A DNA stretch of 64,000 bases. Origin: Lophium mytilinum. Taxonomy: Eukaryota. Positions 26,701 through 40,000 of the stretch are shown piece after piece. A program made the position numbers and the translations under genes. Numbering within the stretch: position 1 is the first letter of the stretch; each line of letters opens with the position of its first letter. Where the stretch lies: contig MU004197.1 in the NCBI GenBank assembly GCA_010093605.1, positions 682,001 through 746,000 on the forward strand. Reading direction: 5' to 3'. Below the pieces are notes generated by a model. The model saw only the letters and a list, made by a program, of their open reading frames with translations, did not search any database and was not told where the DNA came from.

Positions 26701-27215
26701 TAGAATTCTGTCACCAGTAGACCTCAAGATAGAGCTCGACGAGGGCTATCACCTCCCGCTTCTCTCGTCTTCATAGCTCGACGGGGAGGGCAGATATCGA
26801 GCTGCGCAGCACGGCGGGCAGGCGGCCGGGAACTCGCCGTCCTTCTCCTCGAGCAGAATCCGCGCGGGGGAAAACGCCTCTTTCCCAACGACAATCCCCA
26901 CCAGCATCCTCATTGGCTTTAATCTGCTCAGTCGCAGTGAGTCAGCTCTTTGGGTGGGCCGGCCAGTAGCGTGGTTTGAAATCTGCTGGAGTATAAGTAC
27001 TTCGCCCCTCCCCGCCCTTCGCTCTTTCTCCATCCTTCTTCCGACACACGGTCTCTTCCTTAAGTTGGTCTCGCACCTCACACTCCCTTGGCCTTTGGCA
27101 CTTTGGTCTTCGTCAATCTTCTTGTCCATCATACACTCCTTCATTGTCAGTCAACATCGTCGTGTTGTGCATCGTCGTTATGGTTCGCTCGACTCCGGTC
27201 CCATCATCGCCCATC

Positions 27216-29671
27216 ATGGAGAGTTCCCCCCAGGGCTCCTCTGGCACCGGTCCAACGGAGTATTCGCCGGTCACCGAGCGTGTTCGTGGAAAGCAGCCGG
27301 TCAAGGATGAGGTTACCGATACCTTCGTCCCCACCAAGGCTTCGGCATCAACCCAGGCATCGGCATCAACCCCGGCATCGGCATCCGTCCAGGCATCGGC
27401 TTCAACCCGGGCGTCGGCCTCCACTCCGCGTGTCGTTGCGAGCGCTTCAAGCTCTTCGGGTTCCTATCACGTGGTCGGCCGCAACATTGTCGACATCGGT
27501 GACCTTGTACGCAAGGCTGTTGACCAGGTCACGTTACCACCAGTCCTTCCGGCCCATCAGGTTCTTCGCCTGCGTACCGACAAGCAACATTCCCTTACCA
27601 CGTCAAGCCTTGATGACATCGATGCCTTCTGTACACGCCACCTCTTGATCGATCTTCAGCAATGCCCTTCTTTCGCAGCCGATATTTTGAAGTGGGCTCT
27701 TCATGTAAGTTCCCAAAGTCCTCCATCTCTCACTGGCATCACATCAATATTGTTTTCTTCCTTCTCTTTTCCAACATCGCCTCTCTTGTGAACTTCAAGT
27801 CTCAATTTGTTCTTGTGTCTGACATATTTCCACAGCGTGATGTTATTGGCGAACCCGGTTCGGGCCATTACATCACAGAGTCTGCTGATAGTCTTGTCAT
27901 CCTTATTGACGCTGATGACTTGGCTCTCACACTTCGCGTCCGCGAAGTCATCCTCCGGCTCATGTTTGACGCCTGTTCGAATCTGGACGCCTTTACCGGA
28001 AACAATCTGGAGTTTCTTACCGGAATCCATCTGGAGTTCCTGCAGCCGGCCGGTGCCTCGCAGCTTCGATACCAACTGCAATCAATTTCGTCACCAGCAA
28101 CTCGCGTCGCGTTCGAGGTCCAGATGTTCAAGGCCCAGATGTTCGAGGCCCAGGTGTTCGTCCAGGTTAGGTGTATGTCTCTCCCAGGAGTCCAGCCACG
28201 CGAGTTTCTGGACTTCACCAATGAAGTCAGCAACGCTCTGACTACCAAACACTTTGCCCGTTACGGTCACGTCTTCCATGCCTTGTTGGACCACAACCAG
28301 GTTCCACAAGGTTACGAACGACTTCGTGCCGGACTCGAAGATTTCATGTACCGGGTGGAATTCGACTCTGTCAAGGCTGCACGAGACTTGGCGTATGCCT
28401 GGGCCGAGAATGCAGCTTGGGCTGAGCTGAGTGGTCGCCAGAACTTCCCAGGGCGAGGAAACCCCGTAAGTACACCCTCCGCTGCTATTGATGCATTGCT
28501 AACATTTATCAGGTATCCTGGGAGATCGTCAACGTCGGGCTAGTTGATATGCACCACGGTGATTTCGCACATCCATTCCCTCTGGAGTCGGGTTCATCTC
28601 AGCAAGTTTCTCCTGGCCATGTCAATGTTGATCGACGCCAAGGCAACTTCGCTCGCCATTCCGGTCATGGGAACGATGGTCTTTATGACCGCGGATACGC
28701 TCGTTTCCAGGATGCGCGTTTCCAGGAATTTGCGGATGCTAACGCTCATGTCGTGCGCCATGTTCTTCCCGTCCAGCATGTTTATCCCGTCCAACGGCGT
28801 GGCTTCCGACCGGGCTACCGAAACGGACGCACGTGGAATGCCCACGACAACACGGTCTCCTACGCTCACATCCTAGATGGGTCTGATGTGCGAACTACGA
28901 TCATGTTACGCAACATCCCAAATAAGATGACTGATGTAAGCACCTTCTTCCTTGCTTGTGTAGCATCAACTAACACTCTCAGGAACAACTCCTCCTTTTG
29001 CTGTGGGATGCTGGATTCCGAGGACTGATTGACTTCATGTATCTCAGGATGGATTTCAAATCGGGTGCCAACGTTGGCTATGCCTTCTTCAACCTGACTT
29101 CACCGATTCACATCATTCGATTTCTGGAATGCTTTGAAGGTCGTCCCTGGCCGAGCATGAGAGCCGGCCCAACTACCAAGCTGGCAGAGATCTCTTACGC
29201 TACCTCGCAGGGCCTCGAGGCCCTCATTCAGAAGTTCCGGAACTCATCGGTGATGAGAGAACTAAAGAGCTGCCGCCCGAAAGTAAGTCCCCAGTGCATT
29301 TTTTCCAACATAGCTCTAACGAATGCAGCTTTTCTACACCTTCCAGGACAATGTTCCAATCCAACTTGTCGGTGGTGAGGTCGACTTTCCTGCTCCTGAC
29401 AACGAGCAGAAACTTGAGAGATCAATTCAGAACGCACAGAGCATCGGTATGTGTTGTCTCTCCAATGATTCGATGCCAGAAGCGCTAACGATCCCCAGGC
29501 CTATTCCCACCGAATGGGCGCGGTGGAGCTTCCCCGAACCGTCGTGACCGGATGTCGATGTTTGACCGAGGAACTCCCCGCGACCTCGCAGCAGCGTACA
29601 ATGTCCAGGGATATGGTCCCATTTCTCCAGCCCAGTTTCAGTACCCAAACGGCCACCACTCCTTCTACTGA
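27216..29671 (+). CDS. mei2: Mei2-like RNA-binding protein (C-terminal Mei2-type RRM3/RRM_2)
   Basis: Six exons spliced in frame (introns 27705-27835, 28466-28512, 28936-28982, 29283-29328, 29447-29498). DVRTTIMLRNIPNK, DFMYLRMDF..GANVGYAF.N, ISYATSQGLEALIQKFRNSSVM and RPKLFYT are Mei2 RRM3 signatures. Confidence 0.88.
27338..27428 (+). repeat. Coding minisatellite, 5 x 18 bp (ASASxx)
   Basis: GCNTCGGCNTCN units encode ASASTQ-ASASTP-ASASVQ-ASASTR-ASASTP in exon 1 of the mei2-like gene. Confidence 0.85.
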
Positions 29672-30559
29672 GCCAAGATCTCCATCACCGCTATGGTTAC
29701 CCACCTTGAACTGTTTGAAGATTGGCGTCGAAACAGTCTTCTGAGGTACTTTGGCTGGGTGATGATTGCATATGCGTTGGTTCCACACCGATGCAAGACA
29801 ATTTCCTCTTTGTTGTTTCTCATGTGGGTGCTGACAGTTCGCGCTCACGACAAGTGAGCCTACTTATCTGGTCTTCGAGAGATGTTTCTTTACTTTCTGT
29901 GTATCTGGTTTCTTTTGTTTTCTCTCTCAAAAAGGTATGACGGGTCACGAGGTACGATGAAAACGAGATACGGATGATGGGAATGATTCTCGAGTGGTTT
30001 TCCTTTTTGCTTTTTGCTTGTTGCTTTCCATACTGCTAATGGATGCCCTATATGGCATCAGTATCCTGTATGGTACTGTCGGTTTCGGGTTTCGGATTTC
30101 CTTTTGTTGATCACGGTTCGGTCTGTACTAGTAGCTCCTCTTTCGGGGGAACTCTTCTGTACTTTAGTATCGCCTCTGGGAAGGCATCGGTGGGTATCAG
30201 CTTCGCAATGAATGCTTTGCCACCAACTCGCAGTATGCCTATTTGCCTTGAGTGACTCTCGATGAGATTGAGACCGCGATCATGACAGCGGCACAGAATC
30301 GTCGAAGCTTGGGTGCAAGGGACGGTGAAGGTCTTACGGAAGAGGTAAGTCGACCTCCACATCCCAGGATTATCCTCAGAGACCCTAACAAAGAACATTC
30401 CAGGGCGAATACTCTGCTGGAGACCAGCAGAAAGGGCTTTGAAAAACCGCAGCGTGAAGAATCCGTACGTTCGGATCGTTTCGAGTCAGCTCTTTGCGGC
30501 GGCGCCGCCTTTCGCGGAGGTGTTCGAAATGGTAGCATTGTCGATGCAGTGTAAGTCCA

Positions 30560-33300
30560 AACCCCCAGGAGCACCTTCAGAGAGGGTTGGACAAGCTCGT
30601 GCTGACTTCTTGCAGGAATGCGACCGTGGGGAAGCTGGTATTGTGGCCACTTCTGGAGGCTGGGGAGTTCACATATGACACACCCGTTAGGAGGGATTGC
30701 GGCGAAGAGGGTGTACTGGGTGGGTATTGACACATAGGAGGTTGTTCTAGGAGCCTTTGGGATCCTCGTCCTGGCTTCTTGCAGGATTCCGACCGTAGAG
30801 GGGCGGTTGGAAGCGCTGGTTTGGGAGGGCTTTTAGGGGTGGAGGAGCGACCCCTTAGGCAATAGTACGGTAATGTCTTCCATCTAGGTAGGTATTGCTA
30901 CCCAGGAGGTGCTTTTAGGTAGCTTGAAGACCTTGATCCTAACATTTCGCACGGTTGCGACCGTAGGATCGATGGTAGTCGTTGTCATCGGTTCGAAGAT
31001 ACTAAGGTTGGTAGAAAAGCGACTCCTTTGGGGAATCCTGGGATCAAAGTTGAGCTGGGTGAGTATTGGTACCCAAGAGGTATTTTTGAGGACCTTTAAG
31101 AACTCCATCCTAACTTGTTGTAGGACTAGGGCCGTGAGAATGCCTTCATTGTCGCAGATTCGACTTTTTGAGATGGGCGAGGACCCACCGCTTGGAGAAT
31201 GATACGACACCATGGTTCATTCAGGTAAGTATTGCTACCCAGGGGGTGTTTGTGAGGATCATAAGGACCTGTGTCCCAACGTTCTGCAGGATTGCGACCG
31301 TGGGATCGACTATAGTCGTTGTCGTCGGTTCGAGTACTTTGGGGTTGGTAAAAAAAAAGCCACCCCTCAGGGAATGTTATGGCAATATGGTCGATCTGAG
31401 TAAGGATCTATACCTGGGAGGTGTTTATGAGCACCTTAAAGGTCCCCATCCTAGCTTTTTGCAGCAATCGACCCGTTGGAACAGTGTTGTTCTCGCGGTT
31501 TTGGTAGCTTTAGTGTGGACAAAAGAGCCACCCCTTGAGGAGTATGACGACAACAGGGTCGGTCTGGGTGGGTATTGGTACCCAAGAGGTGGTTCCGATG
31601 ACCATGAAGACGTTCATCCTAACTTTTTGCAGGAATCAACACGTCGGAATGTTGTCGTTGTCGTTGCTCCTGAAACGTTGATTTCTCTCGTAGAGAAGCC
31701 ACCCCTCGAGGAGTACTGCGGCAATACGTTCGGTCTGGGTGAGTATTGATGCCCAGGAGGTGTTTCCATTATGCTCAAAGATCTCCATCTTGATGTTTTG
31801 CGGAAATCGACCGGTCGGAATGGTGTCGTCGTCGCTGCTCTCGAAATCTTGATTTTTCTCGCAGAGAAGCCATCCCTCGAGTAGTACTATGGCAACATGG
31901 TCCATTTAGATGAGCATTGTTACCTTCAGAGCTGTTTCCATATATCCTGAACATCTTTGACCTAACTTTCTGCAGGAATCGAACGTCCAGAATAGTGTTG
32001 TTGCCGCCGGTTTCGAAATGTTGGTTCTTCTCGCAGAGAAGCCACCCCTCCGGGAGTAACACGGCAGTAACGTCGATCCAGGCAAGTATCCATACGCCAG
32101 AGGTGTTTCTAGGGACCATGAAGATCTCTGTACTAAGTTTTTACAGCATTGCGATCGTGGGATTGCCGTCGTTGCCGCCGCTTCCCAAATGTTGGTTGTT
32201 CTTAGGGAGAAGTCGTCCCTCCAGAAGAAAAACGGCAGCTAAGTCAATCAGAGCAAGTATTGTCTTGCGAGAGCTCGATCCAAGGTCCCGGAATATCTCC
32301 AAGCTGAAATTTTGCAGGAACCAAACGTCCTTTGGTGTTATTGTCGCCGTCTGGGCAACCTTTTTAGCTTGAACAGTCGGGCGACGAGGACTCGTATGGC
32401 AGCGATGTCGATCCGGGTGAGCATTGATGCATGGGAGCTGCATCTAGTACCATGTAGGATCCTCCGGCTCATGTTACACAGTCTCCAAACCGCTGGCATG
32501 GGGTTGTTGTTGTCGTCGCTGCTTGGGCAATCTTGTCCTCGTAAATGAACCAAGCGATGGGGTCGATGCCATGGGAGCATCGGGTTGCAATACGTTCAAA
32601 CGCTCGTGAGCTGATTTCAAGGGCATACATGATCTCCATGCTAACTTTTTGCAGCATCTGAACTGTCGAAATGCCGTCGTTGTCGCTGCTTCGGAACTGT
32701 CATTCTCGAGAGAAGCCAGCAAGGGACATGTATACGCCGTCAAGTTTGAGCCGAGTGACCGATGACACGCAGGAGCCCAGTCTAACATCCTGTTTGATGC
32801 TACTTTGACCTTGCTGCACGGCTTGACTGCTCGGAATGGTCTTGTTGTCGCCGCTTCTGGGGTGAAGTTACTTGCTTGTGTGGAGATCACCCAGCGAGGC
32901 AGACCTTGCGAGCCATATCGATCTGTGAGGACATTGACACACACGAGCTTCATCCCATATCTCAATGGATACACACACCAGAATTCTGTCCGATTTGGCG
33001 CATCGACATGCCGTCGTTGCCACCGATTTCGAAGTCTTTGACACGGCGGAGGCGGCTCCCGACGAAAACACTTTGCCTTATAGCAACGGCGAGCTAGAAC
33101 AGCTCCCAACACCCGAGAGATACTTCTCGCACGCTTGGAGAGCTCCATGCTAACTCCTCGCAATGTTCGCAACGCTGGATTGGTGTGTTGTCGCCATTTC
33201 GGCGGTCTTCATGGCCAAACGACGGGAGAAAAATAGACAGTAATGCCAGGCCAGAGTATGTTCAGACCCCCGAGAGCTCCGTCTCTTGTCTTTTTCGATC
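30560..33300. repeat. Degenerate tandem array, 14 or more units of ~170 bp
   Basis: A TGCAGGAAT..ACCGT-like anchor occurs at 30611, 30780, 30948, 31119, 31285, 31460, 31628, 31799, 31971, 32142, 32313 and 32650. AGAAGCCACCCCTC and GAGTATTG...CCCAGGAGGTG motifs are in phase. The right boundary fades. Confidence 0.85.
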
Positions 33301-36300
33301 CTCCTGCTAACCTGATAGAGGGTTTGCACGTTCAATTTGGTCTCATTATTGCAGTCTTTGAAACCTGGGAAACCAGCGGGCCGGAAGTATTAGGAAGATA
33401 ATGTCAGTCCATGGCAAGCCCTGACATACGAGAGACCTATCCAGTATTCCATATAATCTCCCTGTACACTTGGAGTACGATTTGAAAAGGCAGAATGCCA
33501 TCATTTTCGCAGTCTCGGAACTCTTGGTAGCCAATCGACAAGAGGGAATACAACAGCAACGGCAGCCCATGGTATATCCTAGTGTGCGAGAAGTCCATAG
33601 AGTGCCTTCAGACATGCACATCCTCGATTTCCCAGGGGCGAGAACTTGAGATTTGACCTCGCTGCCGCCGTCGGCAGGCAAGCACCTGCGGCGGCGAGAT
33701 CGGATTGGGGGCCTATGCGAAGCTGACTCTTTCATGCCAGGGGCCTTCTCGATCAGAAGTGCCACGCCTTGTTTGAATCCATGGAACTCACGGATGGAGA
33801 TATTTTCCGACTTAGGCATATTCCTCCGATGTGATGATCACGTGATCGTAGAGTTGGTCGTTTTCGAGGCTCGAGATCAAGGTGGTATAGTTGCCAAGTT
33901 AGTTGTCTGGCCTGGCTAAGAGATGATAGGGATCAATTAAAGATGAGGTAGCGTCTGAGTGATGCTTAGGTCTGGTATGCAGTCGTCGCAGCCGTATTTT
34001 AGGGCAGCTGGATCCAATTTCTCCGCGCGGGCTGCCGTGAAGAGACGATTTCCGTGGGCTTCTTCTTGCTTTATTTGCCTAACCGTCTTCGAGAGCTCGT
34101 CTTTGTGATCTTCACTAATGCGAGATGCCATAGTACAATCCAACTGCTGCCTCCCAGACACCGACGGGCTGCCTTTAAATCCTTCCTAGAAAGCAGCGTC
34201 GAGCTGCGATTTTACAAAAACGGTCGAGTAACGTAACAAATTCCGGCAAAATCTATGGATATGCCGTTTAATTCGTATCCATGCTCTTCTTCTCGTCTTC
34301 GAATGCTTGTTCAACGGCTGACCAGCATCCAGGGACTCTACTCTCAGGGAATACTATCAATCTTCGATAAGAGATCAAAACCTGAAACCAGATACAAATA
34401 GCTGAAAACCCAGGAAGGCCCTATACGGCATGGAGCGATCTCTGTCACGGACCTGATGTAACAAGAGCATCCGGCATTTCCCTCGGACAACACAAATCAG
34501 AATCGTGAAAGACGATCTGTATTCCATTGAAATATGGTGTGCATCCTGGTGTCCAGTTATGTCATCTTGTATCCAGATCGTTCTTGTCCTCGAATGTTCA
34601 GACCCTTCGAGCCTTGAGCAGACTAAATGGTACATCTAATCCGAGTCAAACTTGGACAAGCATGACGCCTATGTTACGAGTCCTCGAAGGAGTTCTTTGC
34701 AGAAATCCAAGTCAGAGGACAAAAGTCTTGCCGAGCTTCCCCATTTCCCAGCGGAGACACCCATATTCGACTCGAGTATTCCAAGATTTTTCTTATTCCA
34801 TGGATTAAGGCATCCAAAGTGGGCATGGCGCTCTTGTGGTGTATAGGTAGTGCTCTCGTTGTCTCGCGTGGATGACTTTCAGTGGTTCTGTTGTTCGGAC
34901 CGAGTATCCCCGCTACTTCTCGACGAAGAGCTTTGGGGGCAAGTCTCGAGGATCATCGCTTTGGAGGGCCTCGACGAAGGAAGGTGATTCTCGAGAGACA
35001 GAATGGACACGATTGGAATTCAACGCGGTTTCTCGAGGTCGGAATCGTCTGCTTGCTGTCCCGTCAGTTTGTTTCAAGCCAGATCATAGCTTACCTCTTA
35101 GGGCGACCCTGTGCCCCACAGGACAGCGTTTTGTGTACTCCTAAGCATATGACACGGGCTTCAGCGGAGTGAAGGCAAAGACCGAGCACAATTCAGAGAC
35201 GCCTTGCTTGTGTTGTCTTAGGTGTTATTCAGAGTGCCTCCTTCTTAGACGACCGCCATCTAGAGCAAGCTCGTTTGAATTAAGGCAAGGAAGGAGCGAG
35301 AGTCGTATCATTCCTGCATTACTGTTTAATGTTCCCTGAAGGCGGGAAGGTGGATGTATCGATCTCGGGGTGGTGTTTCGATTCGTGGCCTCCAACGCGT
35401 TAGAACGAGTGAAGGGACTGGGCAGCCGGCGTGGCACATTCATCAAAACACCATACCTTCTTGCAGACACCACGATCTAATGCAGAGATGGGAGAGGGAA
35501 GATGACAAGAAGCTACGGGCTTCGCCACGCTGCTCCTTCGATTCATGATGCCGGGGAAGAGCTTGCTGCCTCTCCATCCCGCCTCCCAGCCTCTCTCAAG
35601 AGGCGCTCCAAAGTACCATATGATCGATTCCTCCATCATATCCTTCCAAAAGAGTGTAAGGGGTGTCTGTATGTGTTCCGAAGTGTCGAGGGGTGTTGGT
35701 GTATGGTGGATCGAGGGTCGTGGGCTCAAGTTACGAGGAAGTCCGGAGAAAGGAGCCCACAGCACTGACACCACCGAGAGCCTCAGTGCAGATCTTCTAA
35801 GCCTTTAGATCTTCAGAAGCATACGACTACATGCCCTAGACTCAGTAATCGTTCTGTACTCATCAGTTGAAGCTCCAAAGCTCTCCGGTATGGTCTGCGG
35901 CCCAGAACGCGCCCTTGGGGGCCAAAACACCCCTCGAAAAGCACGAAGCTGCAGCCGAGCCATCGCCACCCGGCTTCAACTCTCTCCCCACCAAGATAGG
36001 ACATTCACAGGCACAACGCAGGCCCAAAGACTCGACCCATCTGATGATGTTGGCGCGTGAGACAACGCGGGCGGGGAACTGGGAGCACCGGGGTTTTAGC
36101 ACGCATGCCCATGACTCTCCGCACGCCATCCATAGGCCAGTGCGACATACCCCCTGAGAGGGGCTGACGGCCCAGCCTTTTAGGCATGATTACGCGGCGG
36201 GGAGCCAAAATTCGAATTTCTGTGAGAAGTACGTGGCTTTGGGACAAAAGGGTCTTTTTCATCCATGGTACTGTGCATTTCCGGCGTACTCCTCTACCAT

Positions 36301-37287
36301 ACCAAGATCTAGCTACACGCGTCGTCACCTGCCTAGTGAATTTCTATTATTATATTGTTGTTGATCCTCTAGCATCTGAGACTGTTTGCGGGTACGCCAC
36401 AACACCTCCGAGATAGCCGTTCTCGTGCCTACGAGGCTCGCTCCACACCACCTTCAGAACCCTTCGACACCCGAGGATCTAAACAAATAAAAGCGAGTGC
36501 GAGTAGGGCAATGGCAAGCTGCATCGGGGAGGCCGAGAAGAATCTTAATAGCTCAGGAGATACTTAAATGCTACGCTCCCTCGCTACCTAAGCTACTTTG
36601 TGTGTCGAGTTCCTCCCTGCAAAGGTATACCCTGCGAGAATCCCGGAGTTCTAGAACAAGATAACGGACGTGCACCGACGTACATAACTCGCTCAGGGCC
36701 CACGAGAGCAGCGACGAAATAGTCACGAGGCTTGTTCATTGTCATTCCTGCAGCTGCTGGGGGTGCCTGAGACGCCGGAAAGAGGTGCCCAGGCGTATGA
36801 AGATACTTAAGGGACTTACAGGGCCGGAAACATGAACATTGCTATAAGGCTGGATATACGGACACTACGCTGTTGGAGGGAGGATTAGGCTTCGAGCTAG
36901 TGGACTGGATTGAGGGTAATTCTGTTGGTATACCGACGTCAGGAGGGCTTTAAAAGGTTTCAACTGCTGAAACTATCCACGTCATTCAGTCTGCGAAGAA
37001 ACTTGCTTCAGGAAGATACCCAATTCGACTATACGGCTGGAAGCATACAACGACACCATCAGGATTGGAGGGTTACCACAACACCAATACCGCTATCCGC
37101 ACCCACCGGGCGCCCGCCGAACACCGTCACCTGCCCGTCAATCCCACCACAACCCCTTCTCATCTCGACATCATCGCCTTCGCCATCGCCATCTCATCAA
37201 CCATCCGAATCAAGACCTCACTGTTTTCATACCACCACCATCTTACCACCGCCACAAGTCCCCCGGAACTCTACCTACAGCACCAAA

Positions 37288-37938
37288 ATGGGACCAAAAC
37301 CCACCCCCAACCACGCGCTCTCTCTCACGCCTACCGAAAAGACCGAACTCGCAACCACTCTCGAGCTACTCACCCGCCTCTATGTTCGGAATGTGAACCA
37401 GCACCGCCGCAGCCACTGGTTCAGCTCCCTCGTCGCGTTCCGCAAGCAACTAGGCCTGCTACTCGGAGAGATCGAAGCCGCAACCGAAGGAATCAAGAGT
37501 TTGAAGGGGAAGAAAGCGCAAGAAGCGAAAGAAGAGGGGGAAATGAAGGTCACGGAGAGGCTAGGATTCTGGGATGAGGTGTGCCATGGGTGGTATCTGT
37601 ACGTATTTTGCTTTCTTTGTACCTTTTTGGTGGGCGGGGAGGTGTTCCGGCGGGGCTAACGGATACACAGGACGTTCACCCAGCTTCTCGCAGCGGGCCA
37701 ATTCGCGGTGCTCGGACTCGTGCTTATGGCGGCGGTGGCGAGGGTGTGCAAGCTGGTTGGTATCACGGAGTTCTACCAGGACTTTGCGAGTGAGGATATG
37801 AAAGAGGTCTTGCAGGTGATGGAGAAGGGAGAAGCGGTGAGAGCGTTTGGGGAGGCTGGGGCGGAAGCGGATGCGGAGGGTGGAGCTCAAGCAGGAGATG
37901 ATGAGGAAGATTTCGGGGAGGTTATTGAGAGAATTTGA
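37288..37938 (+). CDS. RMP1: RNase MRP protein subunit Rmp1-like
   Basis: Intron 37599-37670. LLTRLYVRNVNQHRRSHWF...WYLTFTQLLAAGQFAVLGLVLMAAVARV matches the Rmp1 RNxNQH and QFxxLGLVL motifs. Confidence 0.82.
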
Positions 37939-38739
37939 ATTGGGGGGAAAGGCTTCGAGTTCTAACTGATCTAGATCAAGGCTTAAAGGGCCTCGGGACA
38001 GCAGAGAGCGATGGAGATGCATTTCGGGGTCTTGCTTTCGGGATTGAGCGCTCTGCATTGCATTGTATGGCTTTCGGATGGGCTTTGGCGTTACGGGATC
38101 ACGGGACTACCTAATGAACTAGGCATGGCATATGGATGGCGGGTAGCATTCACTGCATGCGATTGATGTTGCTAGGGAGTCAATCATGGGGAAAAGGGGG
38201 TGTTTTCTATCACGTGGGATCGTTGAGACACACGTGATGGTAGCGGTAATGTCTCTTTCGGTAGTATAATTTCTTTCTTCTCGAAACTTGCAAAGGATGC
38301 GGCTGCAAAGTCGCGAGCTGTAAGACCTGTGTTTCGACTATCAAAATTCGAAAAATATTTCCCTCCATCTATTTCAGGGCTCTGAAAGATGACTTTGGAC
38401 ATTACTATACCACTTTCTGGTATCCCCCGATAAGTTCTCAAAATCCCGGCAAGATGTAAGCAATGCTTTGACGCCGATCAATCACGGCCCAAAAAGCAGT
38501 TGCATTACTACACCCTAAGTCTCAACAACCCGATATACAATTGCTTCAGCGCCATCTTGGAAGCTGGATACCACTGTCAGGAGCATTCCCATTACCAGGA
38601 AGGCGGCCCGTCACGATATGGCTTGGACTCCATCGCGCGAAACTTGACATCGCGGTTCGAATTTAGAAACCCTATGGCGGTACCCCAGGCAGGGGCAGAG
38701 TGCGCACAGCCTATCAGTGTACCATCCCATCCTCGAGAC

Positions 38740-39290
38740 CCCAGACTCCTAGTCTCCCAGACCTAAACCGAAACGGATTACCATCTCCCAATTCCCAACT
38801 CTTGGCTCTCTCGAAACGTATAGAGCACAGATGCCAGATCTAAAAATAGCATCCCCGACTCCACCATGGTGATCCGATATCCGACCATGGAACTCATCGT
38901 ACCAAGATGTGCACAGCCAATCGAAACACGTTTCCAGTTCCCCAAAGCCGTAAGGCATGGCCTCGCCGGAAAAGTATGGAGTCCAGATGCTAAAAATAAT
39001 ACCCTTCCTCGAGTCCACTTCACGAGGGTCTTTGGTATCTAATCCGTGGGAATTAAGGGTACCAAGATGGCCGCAACCAATCGAGAACGCTTTCAGTTCC
39101 CCAAAGCCGTAAGGCCTGGCTTTCTCGAAAGGTATGGAGCCCAGATGCTAATGATAACACGCGTCCTCGAGTCCACTCTACGAGGGTCTTCGATATCTGA
39201 GCCTTGGAAATTCAGGGTACCAAGATGGCCACAACCAATCGAGAAAAGTTTCGTATTCCCCAGCCCCGTAGTGCTGAGCTTCTTCTAAGT
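38740..39290. repeat. Degenerate tandem repeat, 3-4 x ~159 bp
   Basis: GTACCAAGATG..CCAATCGA at ~38899, 39059 and 39217. CAGTTCCCCAAAGCCGTAAGGC and CCAGATGCTAA are repeated. Confidence 0.85.
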
Positions 39291-39469
39291 ACTTGCCAGC
39301 ATGACTTTGAGGGAGAATGCGGGAATGATGGAGGTAGTCGATTTGCAGAGAGGCTGTCATGCTTTTCGCAATAAAATGGTGGAACTTCGCCCAGTAATCT
39401 ACCCTTCTTATCTACAACGCTACTAATCCCACGTCAAAAACTCCTTGTGCATCGGGTTCACGCCCCCAA

Positions 39470-40000
39470 GAAACCACTCAGACGCCACCGACCAACTGTC
39501 AAAGTCCCCGAATCAGGGCAATTGCGATTTGAAGCCTTGAGACTTCGATATTGCGTGCAACACATTTACACCTTGATGAGCCACTTCTGACACCACTAAC
39601 CAGCTGTCAAAAGCCCTGAATTAGGCTGCTTGTAATATAAGACCTTGAGACTTTAACATCGCGTGCACCACATTCTGAGCTAGACGGGCCACCTCTAACG
39701 CCGCTATTCGGCTATTAAAAGGACCTAATTAGATTGCTTGGAATATGAGACCTTGAGACTTGGACATCGCGGGCACTATATCTTGACCTTGATGGGCCAC
39801 CTCTAACGCCGCTATACGGCAATGACAAGCCCGAATCAGGCGGCTTGCAACATGAGGTCTCGAGACTTTGACGTCGCGGGCACCACATTCTGGACCTCGA
39901 TGGGCCACCTTCAACGCCGCTACACGGCGGTCAAGAGCCTCCAATCAGCTTGCTTCTAACATAAGACCTTATGACTTTGAAATCGCGTGCTCCAGATTCA
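39470..40000. repeat. Degenerate tandem repeat, 5 x ~108 bp
   Basis: A CCTTGAGACTT..ATCGCG-like motif occurs at ~39535, 39643, 39752, 39860 and 39967. GGGCCACCTCTAACGCCGCTA is in phase. Confidence 0.85.

Noticed and set aside
33346..34161. Minus-strand ORF fragments (MASRISEDHKDEL..., MPKSENISIREF...)
   Set aside because: Interrupted by stops, overlapping the decayed end of the array, with no family recognised.
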